A stretch of 64,000 bases of DNA, taken from NCBI GenBank assembly GCA_964106645.2, contig OZ067044.1; one strand, written 5' to 3'. Below are positions 63,708-64,000 of this stretch, piece by piece. The first letter of the stretch is position 1; the number at the start of each line of letters is the position of its first letter. The translations under genes and the position numbers were made by a program. The notes beneath the pieces are model-generated. The model was not told the DNA's origin, searched no databases, and saw only the letters and a list, made by a program, of their open reading frames with translations. Source of the stretch: Podarcis pityusensis (Eukaryota).

Positions 63708-64000
63708 AAAATGTTACCTGAGTAACGAGATCCACATAGATTCTTGACATGTTCTATGTGCACCTCCTCCAGCAATGGACATCCTTCCATGGAAGGCAGC
63801 GCGAATTAAAATGGGATTAAATAAATTAATCAGCTGATAGCACCAGTGAATTAACACTTTGCAGAGCTACTCATTGCAATGCTTAAAAACTAAGCATTTG
63901 ACAGAGGGGTGAGTTTAACAGTGCATGAAATTATATAGTCAAGACAGAAAATAAACTTGCAGCTTGCAGTGCATTTGTATGTGAAAAAAGAGTACAAAGG

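Noticed and set aside
63652-63721. C/D-box snoRNA (GTGATGA...CTGA)
   Set aside because: There is no terminal stem or recognisable rRNA guide, and the spacing exists only because of the recent 30-bp duplication.

Overview
This is 64 kb of AT-rich vertebrate DNA from a squamate reptile, very probably a lacertid lizard. The evidence is two Sauria SINEs, Squam3-like SINEs with (CTT)n tails, CR1/L1/L2 fragments and squamate-type MITEs. I can identify no host protein-coding exon with confidence, so the window looks like a large intron or gene desert. It has a few repeat-free blocks that resemble conserved enhancers and some weak + strand exon candidates near the start. Almost all ORFs in the track are spurious or come from transposable elements. 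The best-supported elements are: a 1.0-kb internally deleted Charlie/Buster hAT with perfect TIRs, a perfect 8-bp TSD and an intact transposase C-terminus; six TA-flanked Tigger/pogo-type non-autonomous elements, one carrying a CpG-rich array of tandem hairpins; an OposCharlie1-like MITE; two Blackjack-like MITEs; a CATAC...GTATG element with a 6-bp TSD nested in a SINE; a Gypsy-type solo LTR holding a 93-codon acidic frame; CR1-tailed SINEs with two different tRNA heads (Asn and Ile); and a Penelope-type inverted repeat with two decayed hammerhead-like motifs. Family names were assigned by recognition, not by database search.
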